IMG/VR virus record: IMGVR_UViG_3300047564_002169
Location: 1 to 64,000 of that record
Direction: 5' to 3' (one strand)
From: a virus
Length of the DNA stretch: 64,000 nt
Shown here: positions 20,425 to 29,787 of the stretch, one piece after another
Layout: each line of letters starts with the position of its first letter
Position numbering within the stretch: the first letter of the stretch is position 1
Program-made: the position numbers and the translations under genes
The notes under the pieces: generated by a model
Seen by the model: only the letters and a program-made list of their open reading frames with translations
Told to the model about the DNA's origin: nothing
Databases searched by the model: none

Positions 20425-23400
20425 ATGGCTAATCGATATTGGGTAGGTGGCTCCGCACAGTGGAATGCTACTGCCGGGACAAAATGGGCATTCACGTCTA
20501 ACGGATCAGGCGGTGCGCCAGTTCCTACTATTGATGACGATGTGTTTTTTGATGTTAATTCATCAAATGCGAGCGTATCCACCTCGTCCAGCGTCTTGCC
20601 TGCAAAATCGATCAACTGCACTGGATTTACCGGCACAATAACGTTAAGCGGTACAATTAATGTTGCTGGCAATGTTACACTCAGCTCTGGTATGACCTGG
20701 GTATCGGCAGCGAACTCGCTTGTTACGTTTACTGGCTCCGGCACATTAACGACTGCTGGCAAATCCTTTAGTGCTATAGAAGTTAATGGCTCCGGTATTA
20801 CGGTGACGCTTGGCGATGCGTTGAGCATGTCGGGCAGTTATCCGAATGGTGCGCTTACGGTCACGCGGGGTACATTTAATACCGCAAACTATAATGTTAC
20901 GGGCAGCGCGATTGTTTCGTCAAATTCAAATACGAGAACAATCAATTTAGGGTCTTCAACGGTGACGCTCTCTCATAGCACTCCGGTCGACCTGGCTACT
21001 ACCACCAACTTGACATTTAATGCAGGGACTTCGCAAATTACTGCAAGCTCATCAAATCCTACGTTCAATGGCGGCGGATTGACATTTTATAACGTTTCTT
21101 TTACCTACGCGAATACAGGCGCAGCCAATATAAACGGCGCGAACACGTTCAACAATCTGTCGATTACTGCAAATGGTACAGGGTTGAACGCACTTTCTAT
21201 CAGCGCAAATCAAACGGTCAACGGCACCCTCACTTGCGCGGGGGCGTCTGCCACACAACGAGGATTTGTTCGATCAAGCGTACTCGGCACATCGCGCACG
21301 ATTACTGTCGCGACCCTATCTGCAAATGACTCTGATTTCCGCGACATCACGATTGCTGGCAGCGCAGCAGGTGGTTCTCCGACTCGTGCAGGTGATTGCG
21401 GCAATAACTCCGGCATCACGTTTCCAGCTGCAAAAACGGTTTATCGAGTAGGAACCAACACGACATGGTCAGGTTCTAGCTCGTGGGCACTTTCTTCTGG
21501 AGCATCTGGAAGCAATAATAATTTTCCTCTCCCGCAAGACACGGCAGTTATTAACAACGATACCACACTGTCTGGAACGCTGTCTTTTAACTCGACATAC
21601 AACATCGGAACGGTGGATTGTTCTAACAGAACCACCGCAATCACGTTAAACTATAATAACGCACAGTCAACTTTTTATGGTTCGCACGCATTCGGTTCAG
21701 GCGTAACTTCTTTCGGCACTGTAACCCAACGGTTTTCAGGTCGCGGTACGCAGACTTTTACTTCTGCTGGTAAGACAATCACGTTCCCAATTTTGGTAGA
21801 GAAACCTGTCGGCGCGTTTGAACTCGGTGATGCGTTTTCTTCGAGTAGCGGGCTTGAACTTACTGCCGGTACTCTTAATGCTAAGAATTACAACGTCAGT
21901 TGCGCCTACTTCGCCCTAGTCACCTCGGCAGTCATCGTAAGCCCACGAACTTTAACAATGGGTTCAGGTTTGTGGACGTTAACTGGGGCAAATGGAACTG
22001 GTTATGCTGGAGGCGCAGAAGTCTGGAGTTTCGGGTCTAACGCCAGTTTTACATTGAACAAAGACACTGCGAATATTCTGCTCTCCAATACCTCAACATC
22101 GTCACGCACATTTAACGGTCCAGACGGCGCTGTTTATAACAAGCTGACTATTGGCGGGGCAACCGGAGCTTCTACAACAACGATCGGCGCCAGCAACAAA
22201 TCATATACGTTTAGTGAATTGGCTTCAACAAAGACAGTCACGCACACTATAAGTTTTGCTGCGAACCAGACAATCACCAAGTGGACTGTTACAGGCACCT
22301 CTGGTAATATTGTTACCGTCAATAGTACCTCCGCAGGAGTCCGTCGCACGATCACGCTAATTAATGCAACCAGCTCAGCAAACGATGTCAACTACTTAAG
22401 CGTAAAAGACATCGGAGTCACTGATGCGAATAAGTTCTACGTGGGTGCAAATTCTACTAACGGCGGCAACAATCTTAACGTGATTTTTATGACACCGCCA
22501 GCCTATGTTAACCCAACGACCCCAACAATTCGCATTAAACGCAGTTCGACTTCTGGTGACCCTACAACACTTGCTGCGGGCGAACTAGCGTACTCAGCAT
22601 TAGAAAATAATGGTAGCAATGGCGGCGACATCCTATACATCGGTATGGGTACGGAAACGTCAGGTAATGCAGCGAACCATTTTGTAATTGGTGGTAAGTA
22701 TTTCACCGATATGATGGACCACACCAAAGGTGTGTTGACTGCAAGTTCTGCTCTTATCGCGGACTCTAGTTCTAAGTTAGATAATCTAAAAGTTGATAAC
22801 TTAGACTTAAATGGTAATACGGTTAGCAGCACTGATGCGAATGGTGATTTATTCATTACGCCAAATGGTACTGGCAAGACAGTTATTACTAATCCATATA
22901 TTGGCAATAACTCTACTTCTCTTTCTGAGTTCATTTTAGACACTGTTGGTGGTGTTGTTACTGCTGGCACTGGCATCACAGTTACAAATAGTGATGTAAA
23001 TAATACTTCTACCATAGCTATTAGTTCTGCGGTCGTGACGTTAACGGGCACGCAGACATTATCTAACAAAACTCTAGTAGCACCAGTTCTCGGCGCGGCA
23101 ACTGCTACTTCTATTAACAAATTAACAATTACTGCTCCAGCAACTGGTTCAACTCTAACCATCGCTGATGGTAAAACGCTAACCGCGAACAATACATTAA
23201 CATTCACTGGTACTGATACATCTTCTGTCGCGTTTGGTGCTGGCGGTACTGTCGCATATACTAGCAACAAGCTAAGCGCATTCGCCGCTACTACTTCTTC
23301 TGAACTAGCTGGTATTATCACCGATGAAACTGGTAGTGGTTCTCTAGTTTTTGCAAATAGCCCAACCCTGGTATCACCAACACTCGGTGCCGCTTTAGCT

Positions 23401-24573
23401 ACTAGCATTACTGCAACTTCTGGTAGTTTAACAATCGCTGCCGAAACAGGTGATAATAGCGTTAATCTAGTGCCAACCGGAACTGGTACAGTCGACGTTG
23501 CATCGAAGCGAATCACCAATGTAGCTGAACCAACTCAAGCGACTGATGTCGCAACGAAGTCTTATGTTGATGATGTTAAGACTGGACTGATCATCAAAGA
23601 TGCGGTTCGCGCTGCTACTACTGCAGCATTGACTGCCGCGTATTCTAATGGTACTTCTGGTGTTGGCGCTACATTAACTAACTCTGGTACTCAAGCTGCG
23701 CTTGTGGTTGATGGGGTGTCGTTAGTTGCTAACGATCGCGTCTTGGTTAAAAATCAAGCTGATGCGTCTGAAAATGGTATTTACGTTGTAACGAACGCTG
23801 GTTCGGTTTCTACTGACTGGGTATTAACACGTGCTGCTGATTTTGATCAATCTCCTGCCGGAGAGATTGAAGGTGGCGATTTTACTTTCGTTCAAGAAGG
23901 TACTGCTAACGCTGATTCTGGTTTTGTAGTAACCACGAACGGTGCAATCACTGTTGGTACCACTGGTATTAACTGGGCGCAGTTCTCTGGTGCTGGTTCT
24001 ATCGCTGCTGGTGATGGTTTAACCAAAGATGGTAATACACTAAACGTAGTTGGTACAGCAGACCGCATCACAACAACTTCCGACGCTGTTGATATCGCGT
24101 CTACTTACGTCGGTCAATCTAGCATCACTACTCTGGGTACTATCAGTACTGGTACTTGGCAAGCAGATATTATTAATCCAGCTTACGGTGGTACTGGTGT
24201 AAACAACGGGTCTAGCGCGTTCACTCTTGGTGGTAATCTTACTACTAGCGGCGCGTTTAACACTACTTTAACTGTAACAGCTAATACTTCGTTAACGCTA
24301 CCAGTTACTGGTACTATCGCAACTCTTGATGGCACTGAATCATTAAGTAACAAAACAATCACTGCTTCTAGTTTTGATGGTACTACATTATCTGCCTCTG
24401 GTAATATTACGTTTACCAACACGACAGATGCTACTGCGTTGGGAACTGCACCAGTTGTTATGTCTGGTGGTCTGTCTGTAGCTAAAGCCATGTTCGTAGG
24501 CACTAATATTACTGGTGCTGGAGCGGCAACTTCTACTCTAGATGGATTTGTTACTGACGGCGGTACATACTAA
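20425..24573 (+). CDS. Chimeric adhesin/tail fibre protein (G1 domain fused to a second copy of module A)
   Basis: About residues 1-688 are paralogous to 29788-31824; residues from about 702 to the end are paralogous to 17933-19993; linker MTPPAYVNPTTPT. Confidence 0.85.
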   Translation: MANRYWVGGSAQWNATAGTKWAFTSNGSGGAPVPTIDDDVFFDVNSSNASVSTSSSVLPAKSINCTGFTGTITLSGTINVAGNVTLSSGMTWVSAANSLVTFTGSGTLTTAGKSFSAIEVNGSGITVTLGDALSMSGSYPNGALTVTRGTFNTANYNVTGSAIVSSNSNTRTINLGSSTVTLSHSTPVDLATTTNLTFNAGTSQITASSSNPTFNGGGLTFYNVSFTYANTGAANINGANTFNNLSITANGTGLNALSISANQTVNGTLTCAGASATQRGFVRSSVLGTSRTITVATLSANDSDFRDITIAGSAAGGSPTRAGDCGNNSGITFPAAKTVYRVGTNTTWSGSSSWALSSGASGSNNNFPLPQDTAVINNDTTLSGTLSFNSTYNIGTVDCSNRTTAITLNYNNAQSTFYGSHAFGSGVTSFGTVTQRFSGRGTQTFTSAGKTITFPILVEKPVGAFELGDAFSSSSGLELTAGTLNAKNYNVSCAYFALVTSAVIVSPRTLTMGSGLWTLTGANGTGYAGGAEVWSFGSNASFTLNKDTANILLSNTSTSSRTFNGPDGAVYNKLTIGGATGASTTTIGASNKSYTFSELASTKTVTHTISFAANQTITKWTVTGTSGNIVTVNSTSAGVRRTITLINATSSANDVNYLSVKDIGVTDANKFYVGANSTNGGNNLNVIFMTPPAYVNPTTPTIRIKRSSTSGDPTTLAAGELAYSALENNGSNGGDILYIGMGTETSGNAANHFVIGGKYFTDMMDHTKGVLTASSALIADSSSKLDNLKVDNLDLNGNTVSSTDANGDLFITPNGTGKTVITNPYIGNNSTSLSEFILDTVGGVVTAGTGITVTNSDVNNTSTIAISSAVVTLTGTQTLSNKTLVAPVLGAATATSINKLTITAPATGSTLTIADGKTLTANNTLTFTGTDTSSVAFGAGGTVAYTSNKLSAFAATTSSELAGIITDETGSGSLVFANSPTLVSPTLGAALATSITATSGSLTIAAETGDNSVNLVPTGTGTVDVASKRITNVAEPTQATDVATKSYVDDVKTGLIIKDAVRAATTAALTAAYSNGTSGVGATLTNSGTQAALVVDGVSLVANDRVLVKNQADASENGIYVVTNAGSVSTDWVLTRAADFDQSPAGEIEGGDFTFVQEGTANADSGFVVTTNGAITVGTTGINWAQFSGAGSIAAGDGLTKDGNTLNVVGTADRITTTSDAVDIASTYVGQSSITTLGTISTGTWQADIINPAYGGTGVNNGSSAFTLGGNLTTSGAFNTTLTVTANTSLTLPVTGTIATLDGTESLSNKTITASSFDGTTLSASGNITFTNTTDATALGTAPVVMSGGLSVAKAMFVGTNITGAGAATSTLDGFVTDGGTY

Positions 24574-24694
24574 ATAATTGGAGTAAAGGGGCAGTTTTTA
24601 CTGCCCTTTAACTACCTCTACTAAATAATTGAGTAAAGGGCAGTTTTTACTGCCTCAACTACCTTTTTAGGAATTATTATGACAAATAAAGTTT
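22528..24694 (+). repeat. Long direct repeat copy 2 (module A2 plus spacer)
   Basis: Collinear with 17945-20104. Confidence 0.95.
24570..24670 (+). promoter_or_regulatory. Two CTAAATA late motifs, each followed by a GGGCAG..CTGCC hairpin
   Basis: CTAAATA at 24570 and 24621; the unit ctaaataatt(g)gagtaaaggg(g)cagtttttactgcc occurs twice. Confidence 0.65.
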
Positions 24695-26574
24695 TACTGA
24701 AAAAATCTTCAGTTGCAGCAAAAGCTCCCCTAACCACGGACTTAGAATATGGTGAATTAGCAATTAACTACGCTGATGAGAAACTGTATTTTAAAAATTC
24801 GTCAAATGTTATCAAATCTTTCAGCGCGACAGGCGGTTCAGGTACAGTCACATCAATTACTGCCGGCACTGGTTTAACTGGTGGCACTATCACTACTAGC
24901 GGCACTATCGATATTGATACCGCTGTAGTCGCTACACTCACTGGTACTCAGACACTTACTAATAAAACACTAACTGACAGTACCACATATTTTCAAGACG
25001 AGGCTGATAACACTAAGAAACTTCAGTTTCAGCTTTCTGGTATTACTACTGCTACAACAAGAACACTCACAGCCCCAGACGCGTCTGGGACTATTGCTCT
25101 GACCAGCAACAAATTAAGCGCGTTTGCCGCGACCACTTCTGCTGAATTAGCTGGTGTTATTTCTGATGAGACAGGTTCTGGTGCTCTGGTTTTCGGCACT
25201 AGCCCAGCAATCACTACTTCTCTCACTACACCAAGTACTTCATTTGATCTTGTTAATACAACTGCTACTACAGTAAATTTTGCCAATGCTGCAACTACTC
25301 TTTCTATCGGCGCTTCTACTGGCACAACTACTATTAATAACGATATAGTTGTTGCAGGTAACCTAACTGTTAATGGCACAACTACTACATTAAACACCAC
25401 CAATATTACTGTTGATGATATTACTCTAGAACTTGGGGTAGTGACAACGCCAACAGACGTTACTGCTGCGGGTGGCGGTATTATTCTTAAGGGTGCTACG
25501 GATAAAACCATTACGTGGGGTTCAGCGAATGGCTGGACGTCAACGGAGTCTTTTAATCTTGCTTCTGGTAAAACATATAAAATTAATGGAAATGATGTTT
25601 TATCAGGATCAACTCTTGGCTCTGGCGTAACAGCTTCTTCATTAACTAGCGTTGGAACTATTACTTCTGGTACTTGGTCTGGTTCTTTTGGTGCAGTTTC
25701 TGGAGCGAACTTAACATCACTAACTGCTGGTAATCTATCAGGAACAATTCCTTCAGCAGTTTTGGGTAACTCAACCACTTACGTTGGTACTACTGCAGTT
25801 GCATTAAATCGCGCCTCAGCGAACTTAGCGTTAACTGGCATTTCTTCTATTACTCTTCCAGGTTCTTCATCTGGAACTGTTCAGATTGTACCAACTGCAG
25901 AAGTTGGTACTGGTACAGTTTTAACTATTCCAGCGACTACTGGCACGATTGTTACTACTGGCGACAGCGGTACTGTCACATCAACAATGATCGCTGATGG
26001 CACAATCGTAAATGCTGATATTAATGCTTCTGCTGCGATTGCTGTTTCTAAGTTGGCAGCTTCTACTATTTCTGGTGTTACATTAGGTAATAACCTTAAT
26101 GCCCTTACAATCGGTACTGGTCTTTCTGGAACTTCATATAATGGTTCTGGGGCAGTAACCATTGCTATTGATTCTACTGTCGCTACATTAACAGGATCTC
26201 AGACGTTAACGAACAAATCAATAGCTGCGTTCGATCAAAAAACTGGTTCTACTACCGTTGCTAATAATGCAGTCATTCAAGCGTCTGTTTCAACAACTGC
26301 TCAAACTGCGGTAGATACTTTCGCTACTGCAACTTATCGTTCAGCTAAGTATATAATTCAAGTAACTCAGGGAACGAACTATCAAGTTTCTGAGATTATG
26401 GTTATTCATAATGGAACGACTACAACTATTTCTGAATATGCCATGATGAACACCAATGGTTCTCTAGCAACATTCGCAACAGATATTTCTTCTGGAAACG
26501 TAAGACTTCTAGTTACAATGGGTTCTGCAACAGCTGCAACTATAAATATAGCAAGAACGACCATTGTCGTATAA
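24679..26574 (+). CDS. Tail fibre protein B
   Basis: N-terminal LKKSS...GELAINYADEKLYFK resembles T4 long-fibre gp34/gp37 N-termini; C-terminal DTFATATYRSAKYIIQV domain. Confidence 0.85.
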   Translation: MTNKVLLKKSSVAAKAPLTTDLEYGELAINYADEKLYFKNSSNVIKSFSATGGSGTVTSITAGTGLTGGTITTSGTIDIDTAVVATLTGTQTLTNKTLTDSTTYFQDEADNTKKLQFQLSGITTATTRTLTAPDASGTIALTSNKLSAFAATTSAELAGVISDETGSGALVFGTSPAITTSLTTPSTSFDLVNTTATTVNFANAATTLSIGASTGTTTINNDIVVAGNLTVNGTTTTLNTTNITVDDITLELGVVTTPTDVTAAGGGIILKGATDKTITWGSANGWTSTESFNLASGKTYKINGNDVLSGSTLGSGVTASSLTSVGTITSGTWSGSFGAVSGANLTSLTAGNLSGTIPSAVLGNSTTYVGTTAVALNRASANLALTGISSITLPGSSSGTVQIVPTAEVGTGTVLTIPATTGTIVTTGDSGTVTSTMIADGTIVNADINASAAIAVSKLAASTISGVTLGNNLNALTIGTGLSGTSYNGSGAVTIAIDSTVATLTGSQTLTNKSIAAFDQKTGSTTVANNAVIQASVSTTAQTAVDTFATATYRSAKYIIQVTQGTNYQVSEIMVIHNGTTTTISEYAMMNTNGSLATFATDISSGNVRLLVTMGSATAATINIARTTIVV

Positions 26575-26600
26575 TTTTAACTCGTGGATAGGGAAACGAG

Positions 26601-28799
26601 ATGGCAAACGAATTCGTAGTAAAAAATGGTTTAATTGCACCAAATGTCCAGATTTCTGGTTCAACATCAGGAACAACTACATTAAATTCAGCAGCTACCG
26701 CATCTGGCACATTAACGCTTCCGGCAGCAACTGACACTCTAGTTGGTAAAGCAACCACTGATACTTTAACTAATAAAAGCATCAGCGGTTCTACTAACAC
26801 TTTAACAAATATTGCAAACTCTGCACTAACTAATAGTTCTATTACAATTAATGGATCTGCAATTAGTTTAGGTGGAAGTGCAACTATTACCGCAGCCAAT
26901 CCAAATGCTCTGACAATTGGCACAGGTTTATCTGGCACTTCGTACAACGGTTCATCCGCTGTAACGATTGCCATTGATTCTACAGTAGCTACGCTCACTG
27001 GAACTCAGACACTAACTAACAAAACACTAGTAGACGTAAACACAGAATTTATTGGTTCTGCTAATAACACTAAAAAATTGGGTTTATCCGCGTCTTTAAT
27101 TCCTGCTAGTACAAAGTACACATATTCATTCCCAGTCGTAGCTGCAGACACCAACAACACCGCGAACGCGGCGACGGGTGCTGGTGCCGTTCTTGTCGCA
27201 GATCTTTCAGTACAGACGCTATATCACAAATCACTATCAGACGCCACCACGTTCTTTATTGACGACGTTGATGGTAGTAAGAAAATGCAGTTCCAGTTAT
27301 CTGGCATTGCTGCTGGTACTACCAGAACTATTACTGTACCAAACGCGGACATTAATTTTACCACTGGTTTAGGCGTTGCCAACGGGGGAACCGGCACAAC
27401 GACACTCACAGCAAATAACGTCATCCTTGGTAACGGCACCAGCGCGGTTCAATTTGTTGCACCTGGCGCGAATGGAAACGTATTGACCAGTAATGGCACG
27501 ACGTGGACTTCTGCTGCGCCCACAGGTGGCTCGCAGACATACACTATTGACGGCAAAACTAGCGCGTACACGGTTTTGTCTACAGATCTTGGCAAGATCA
27601 TCAATTGCACAGCTAATACCTTTTCGGTCTCGCTGACGGCGGCGGCTACGCTTGGTTCTGGTTTTAACTGTTGGATTTGGAACACTGGTACAGGGGCTAT
27701 CACTATTGACCCGAGCGCTAGTGAGACTATTGACGGTGCAACTACGCTGATTTTGCGTCAAAACGAAGGTACGCAGGTTGTTTGTGATGGTACAAATTGG
27801 CTGACAGGTGGTAAAAAAACCATGCGAGGGTATACGGAGAACATACCGTCTACCTACGGCAAACCGATTGCATCCGGGGCTGGGGCGATTGCGCTGGGGA
27901 ATAGAAATGGCGACACTGTTTATCTGTCACAGGCTACGGGCACTCGTGCATTCGCCGTAAACGGTTATGCCACCGCCAATTATTCATCAGCAATCGGACA
28001 AACTTCTGCGGGTTTAGGCGCGGAGGCTAATACGGGGGCGGGTGCAATGGCGCTTGGGGGATCTTACGCCTCCGGCGCAGATTCGTTTGCTGCTGCAGTA
28101 GCAACCAATACAAGCAGCTATGGCGCGACCGGGGCGAATAGTATTGCATTTGGATACCAAGCAAAAGGCAGTGGTAGTCAGTCTTCTGCTTTAGGTGGAA
28201 ATACGGCTCTTGCATCTGGTAGTAATTCTGTAGTTGTAGGCGGTTTTACAAACACTGCAAGCGGGACTGGGTCTGTTGCTTTTGGTGGTTATTACAACAC
28301 CGCCTCTGCAAGTTACTCGTATGCATCAGGTTATTACGCCAGCGCCGCTCAATACGGTAAACAAGTGTTTGCCTCGGGTCGATTTGCAGCTGACGGCGAC
28401 GCCCAAGCAGGCAAGATGGTGTTGCGCATTTCCACCACTAACGCAACGCCCGCCGTCATGACCTCGGACGCGGGGGCTGCAAGCACCACTAACCAAGTCA
28501 TCCTCCCCAACGACTCAACTTACGCTTTCCGCATTCTTGTCGTTGCGCGACGCACTGACGCAGATAACGAGAGCGCGGGTTACGAGTTCAGCGGTGTGGT
28601 GGACCGAAACGCCAATGCTGCGTCCACAGCTATTGTCGGCACAGTCGCCAAAACTGTCCTTGCGGAAGACACCTCCGCATGGGATGTCAACGTCACTGCA
28701 GACACCACCAACGGCGGGTTGAAAGTAGAAGTTACTGGCGAAGCGGCTAAGACCATTCGTTGGGTCGCTACTGTCTGGACTTCGGAAGTTACTGGTTAA
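26601..28799 (+). CDS. Tail fibre protein C with YadA-head-like repeats
   Basis: MANEFVVKNGL start; QTLTNK shaft motifs; A.G..S.A.G 14-15 aa repeats (ATGANSIAFG, ASGSNSVVVGG). Confidence 0.8.
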   Translation: MANEFVVKNGLIAPNVQISGSTSGTTTLNSAATASGTLTLPAATDTLVGKATTDTLTNKSISGSTNTLTNIANSALTNSSITINGSAISLGGSATITAANPNALTIGTGLSGTSYNGSSAVTIAIDSTVATLTGTQTLTNKTLVDVNTEFIGSANNTKKLGLSASLIPASTKYTYSFPVVAADTNNTANAATGAGAVLVADLSVQTLYHKSLSDATTFFIDDVDGSKKMQFQLSGIAAGTTRTITVPNADINFTTGLGVANGGTGTTTLTANNVILGNGTSAVQFVAPGANGNVLTSNGTTWTSAAPTGGSQTYTIDGKTSAYTVLSTDLGKIINCTANTFSVSLTAAATLGSGFNCWIWNTGTGAITIDPSASETIDGATTLILRQNEGTQVVCDGTNWLTGGKKTMRGYTENIPSTYGKPIASGAGAIALGNRNGDTVYLSQATGTRAFAVNGYATANYSSAIGQTSAGLGAEANTGAGAMALGGSYASGADSFAAAVATNTSSYGATGANSIAFGYQAKGSGSQSSALGGNTALASGSNSVVVGGFTNTASGTGSVAFGGYYNTASASYSYASGYYASAAQYGKQVFASGRFAADGDAQAGKMVLRISTTNATPAVMTSDAGAASTTNQVILPNDSTYAFRILVVARRTDADNESAGYEFSGVVDRNANAASTAIVGTVAKTVLAEDTSAWDVNVTADTTNGGLKVEVTGEAAKTIRWVATVWTSEVTG

Positions 28800-28828
28800 T
28801 TACATAAATTATAATTAAAGGAAACATC

Positions 28829-29128
28829 ATGGCAATTCAAATCGACATCCAGACATCTCAATTCGGTGTCCCTTTTCAGGGGGCATATTTCCGTATCGTC
28901 GCGGCTGTGCTTACACGCCAACGTCAAGAAGACCCGCGCCACACTGTCATGATTGATGTGGCGGGTTATGCCACGCAGCCGCAGAACGAAGATACTAGAG
29001 AAGTAGACTTTAGACGGTATCACGCCTCTGCTTCTGAAGTATTCGCGCAGGATGGCGAAAACTTCTTGGCGCAATGTTATACATGGGTAATGTCACAACC
29101 TGACATGACTGGGTCTGAAGGAGTATAA
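28829..29128 (+). CDS. Hypothetical protein D (fibre-associated)
   Basis: AAGGA RBS; tightly packed in the fibre operon. Confidence 0.75.
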   Translation: MAIQIDIQTSQFGVPFQGAYFRIVAAVLTRQRQEDPRHTVMIDVAGYATQPQNEDTREVDFRRYHASASEVFAQDGENFLAQCYTWVMSQPDMTGSEGV

Positions 29129-29129
29129 C

Positions 29130-29528
29130 GTGGCAATTCAAATCAATCATCAGACTAATGAGTTGACTGCCACCACGAATGGTATTAAAGCGAACATAGT
29201 GCCACGCGTCGTTGCTGCGGCAGCAACGACGGGTAACCTCACGATCGCGGGAGACACTACCGATGTATACAAAGCCGAAGGGTTGACTGGCGCGATCACG
29301 TTCCTGCAGCCAAGCGGAACTCCAGTAGACGGTCAAAGACTCATGATTCGCATCGAAGACAATGGGACAGCGCGGGCAATTACTTGGACAACTTCTTCTG
29401 GTGCATTCCGTGAAGTCGGCATCTCGCTACCGACCACCACTGTGCTGGGAAAGGTCACGTATGTCGGTTGCATCTACAACGCCACGGATTTATTTTGGGA
29501 CGCTGTGGCGACCGTGACGCAAGCATAA
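29130..29528 (+). CDS. Fibre tip/connector-like protein E
   Basis: GTG start; PSGTPVDGQRLMIRI..NGTARAITW...LPTTTV..K..YVGCIYN...WD beta-rich domain. Confidence 0.75.
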   Translation: MAIQINHQTNELTATTNGIKANIVPRVVAAAATTGNLTIAGDTTDVYKAEGLTGAITFLQPSGTPVDGQRLMIRIEDNGTARAITWTTSSGAFREVGISLPTTTVLGKVTYVGCIYNATDLFWDAVATVTQA

Positions 29529-29548
29529 AAATTAATACAGGATTAATT

Positions 29549-29785
29549 ATGAAAATAGATTTTCAATTTCAAACAAAATATGGGACGTTCCGCGATGCGC
29601 TATCTCTTCCTGATGACCACGACATGACGTCTGAGAAAATTATCGAGATGCAGATCAATCGTTTGAATAATTGGATGTATTTGATTGAAAACCCACCAGA
29701 GCCAGAAATTGTCGATCTTGGTGGTGTGAAGTATGAAAAAGTTGTTTTGGATGGACAAACATTGCTTAAGCCTATTGAGAGTTAA
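29549..29785 (+). CDS. Small hypothetical protein F2
   Basis: ATG at 29549 after AGGA; paralogue of 20168-20422. Confidence 0.85.
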   Translation: MKIDFQFQTKYGTFRDALSLPDDHDMTSEKIIEMQINRLNNWMYLIENPPEPEIVDLGGVKYEKVVLDGQTLLKPIES

Positions 29786-29787
29786 AC

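Noticed and set aside
19990-24670. CRISPR-like array from the repeated gggcag..ctgccc hairpins
   Set aside because: Only two pairs 4.6 kb apart, no regular unique spacers and no cas genes
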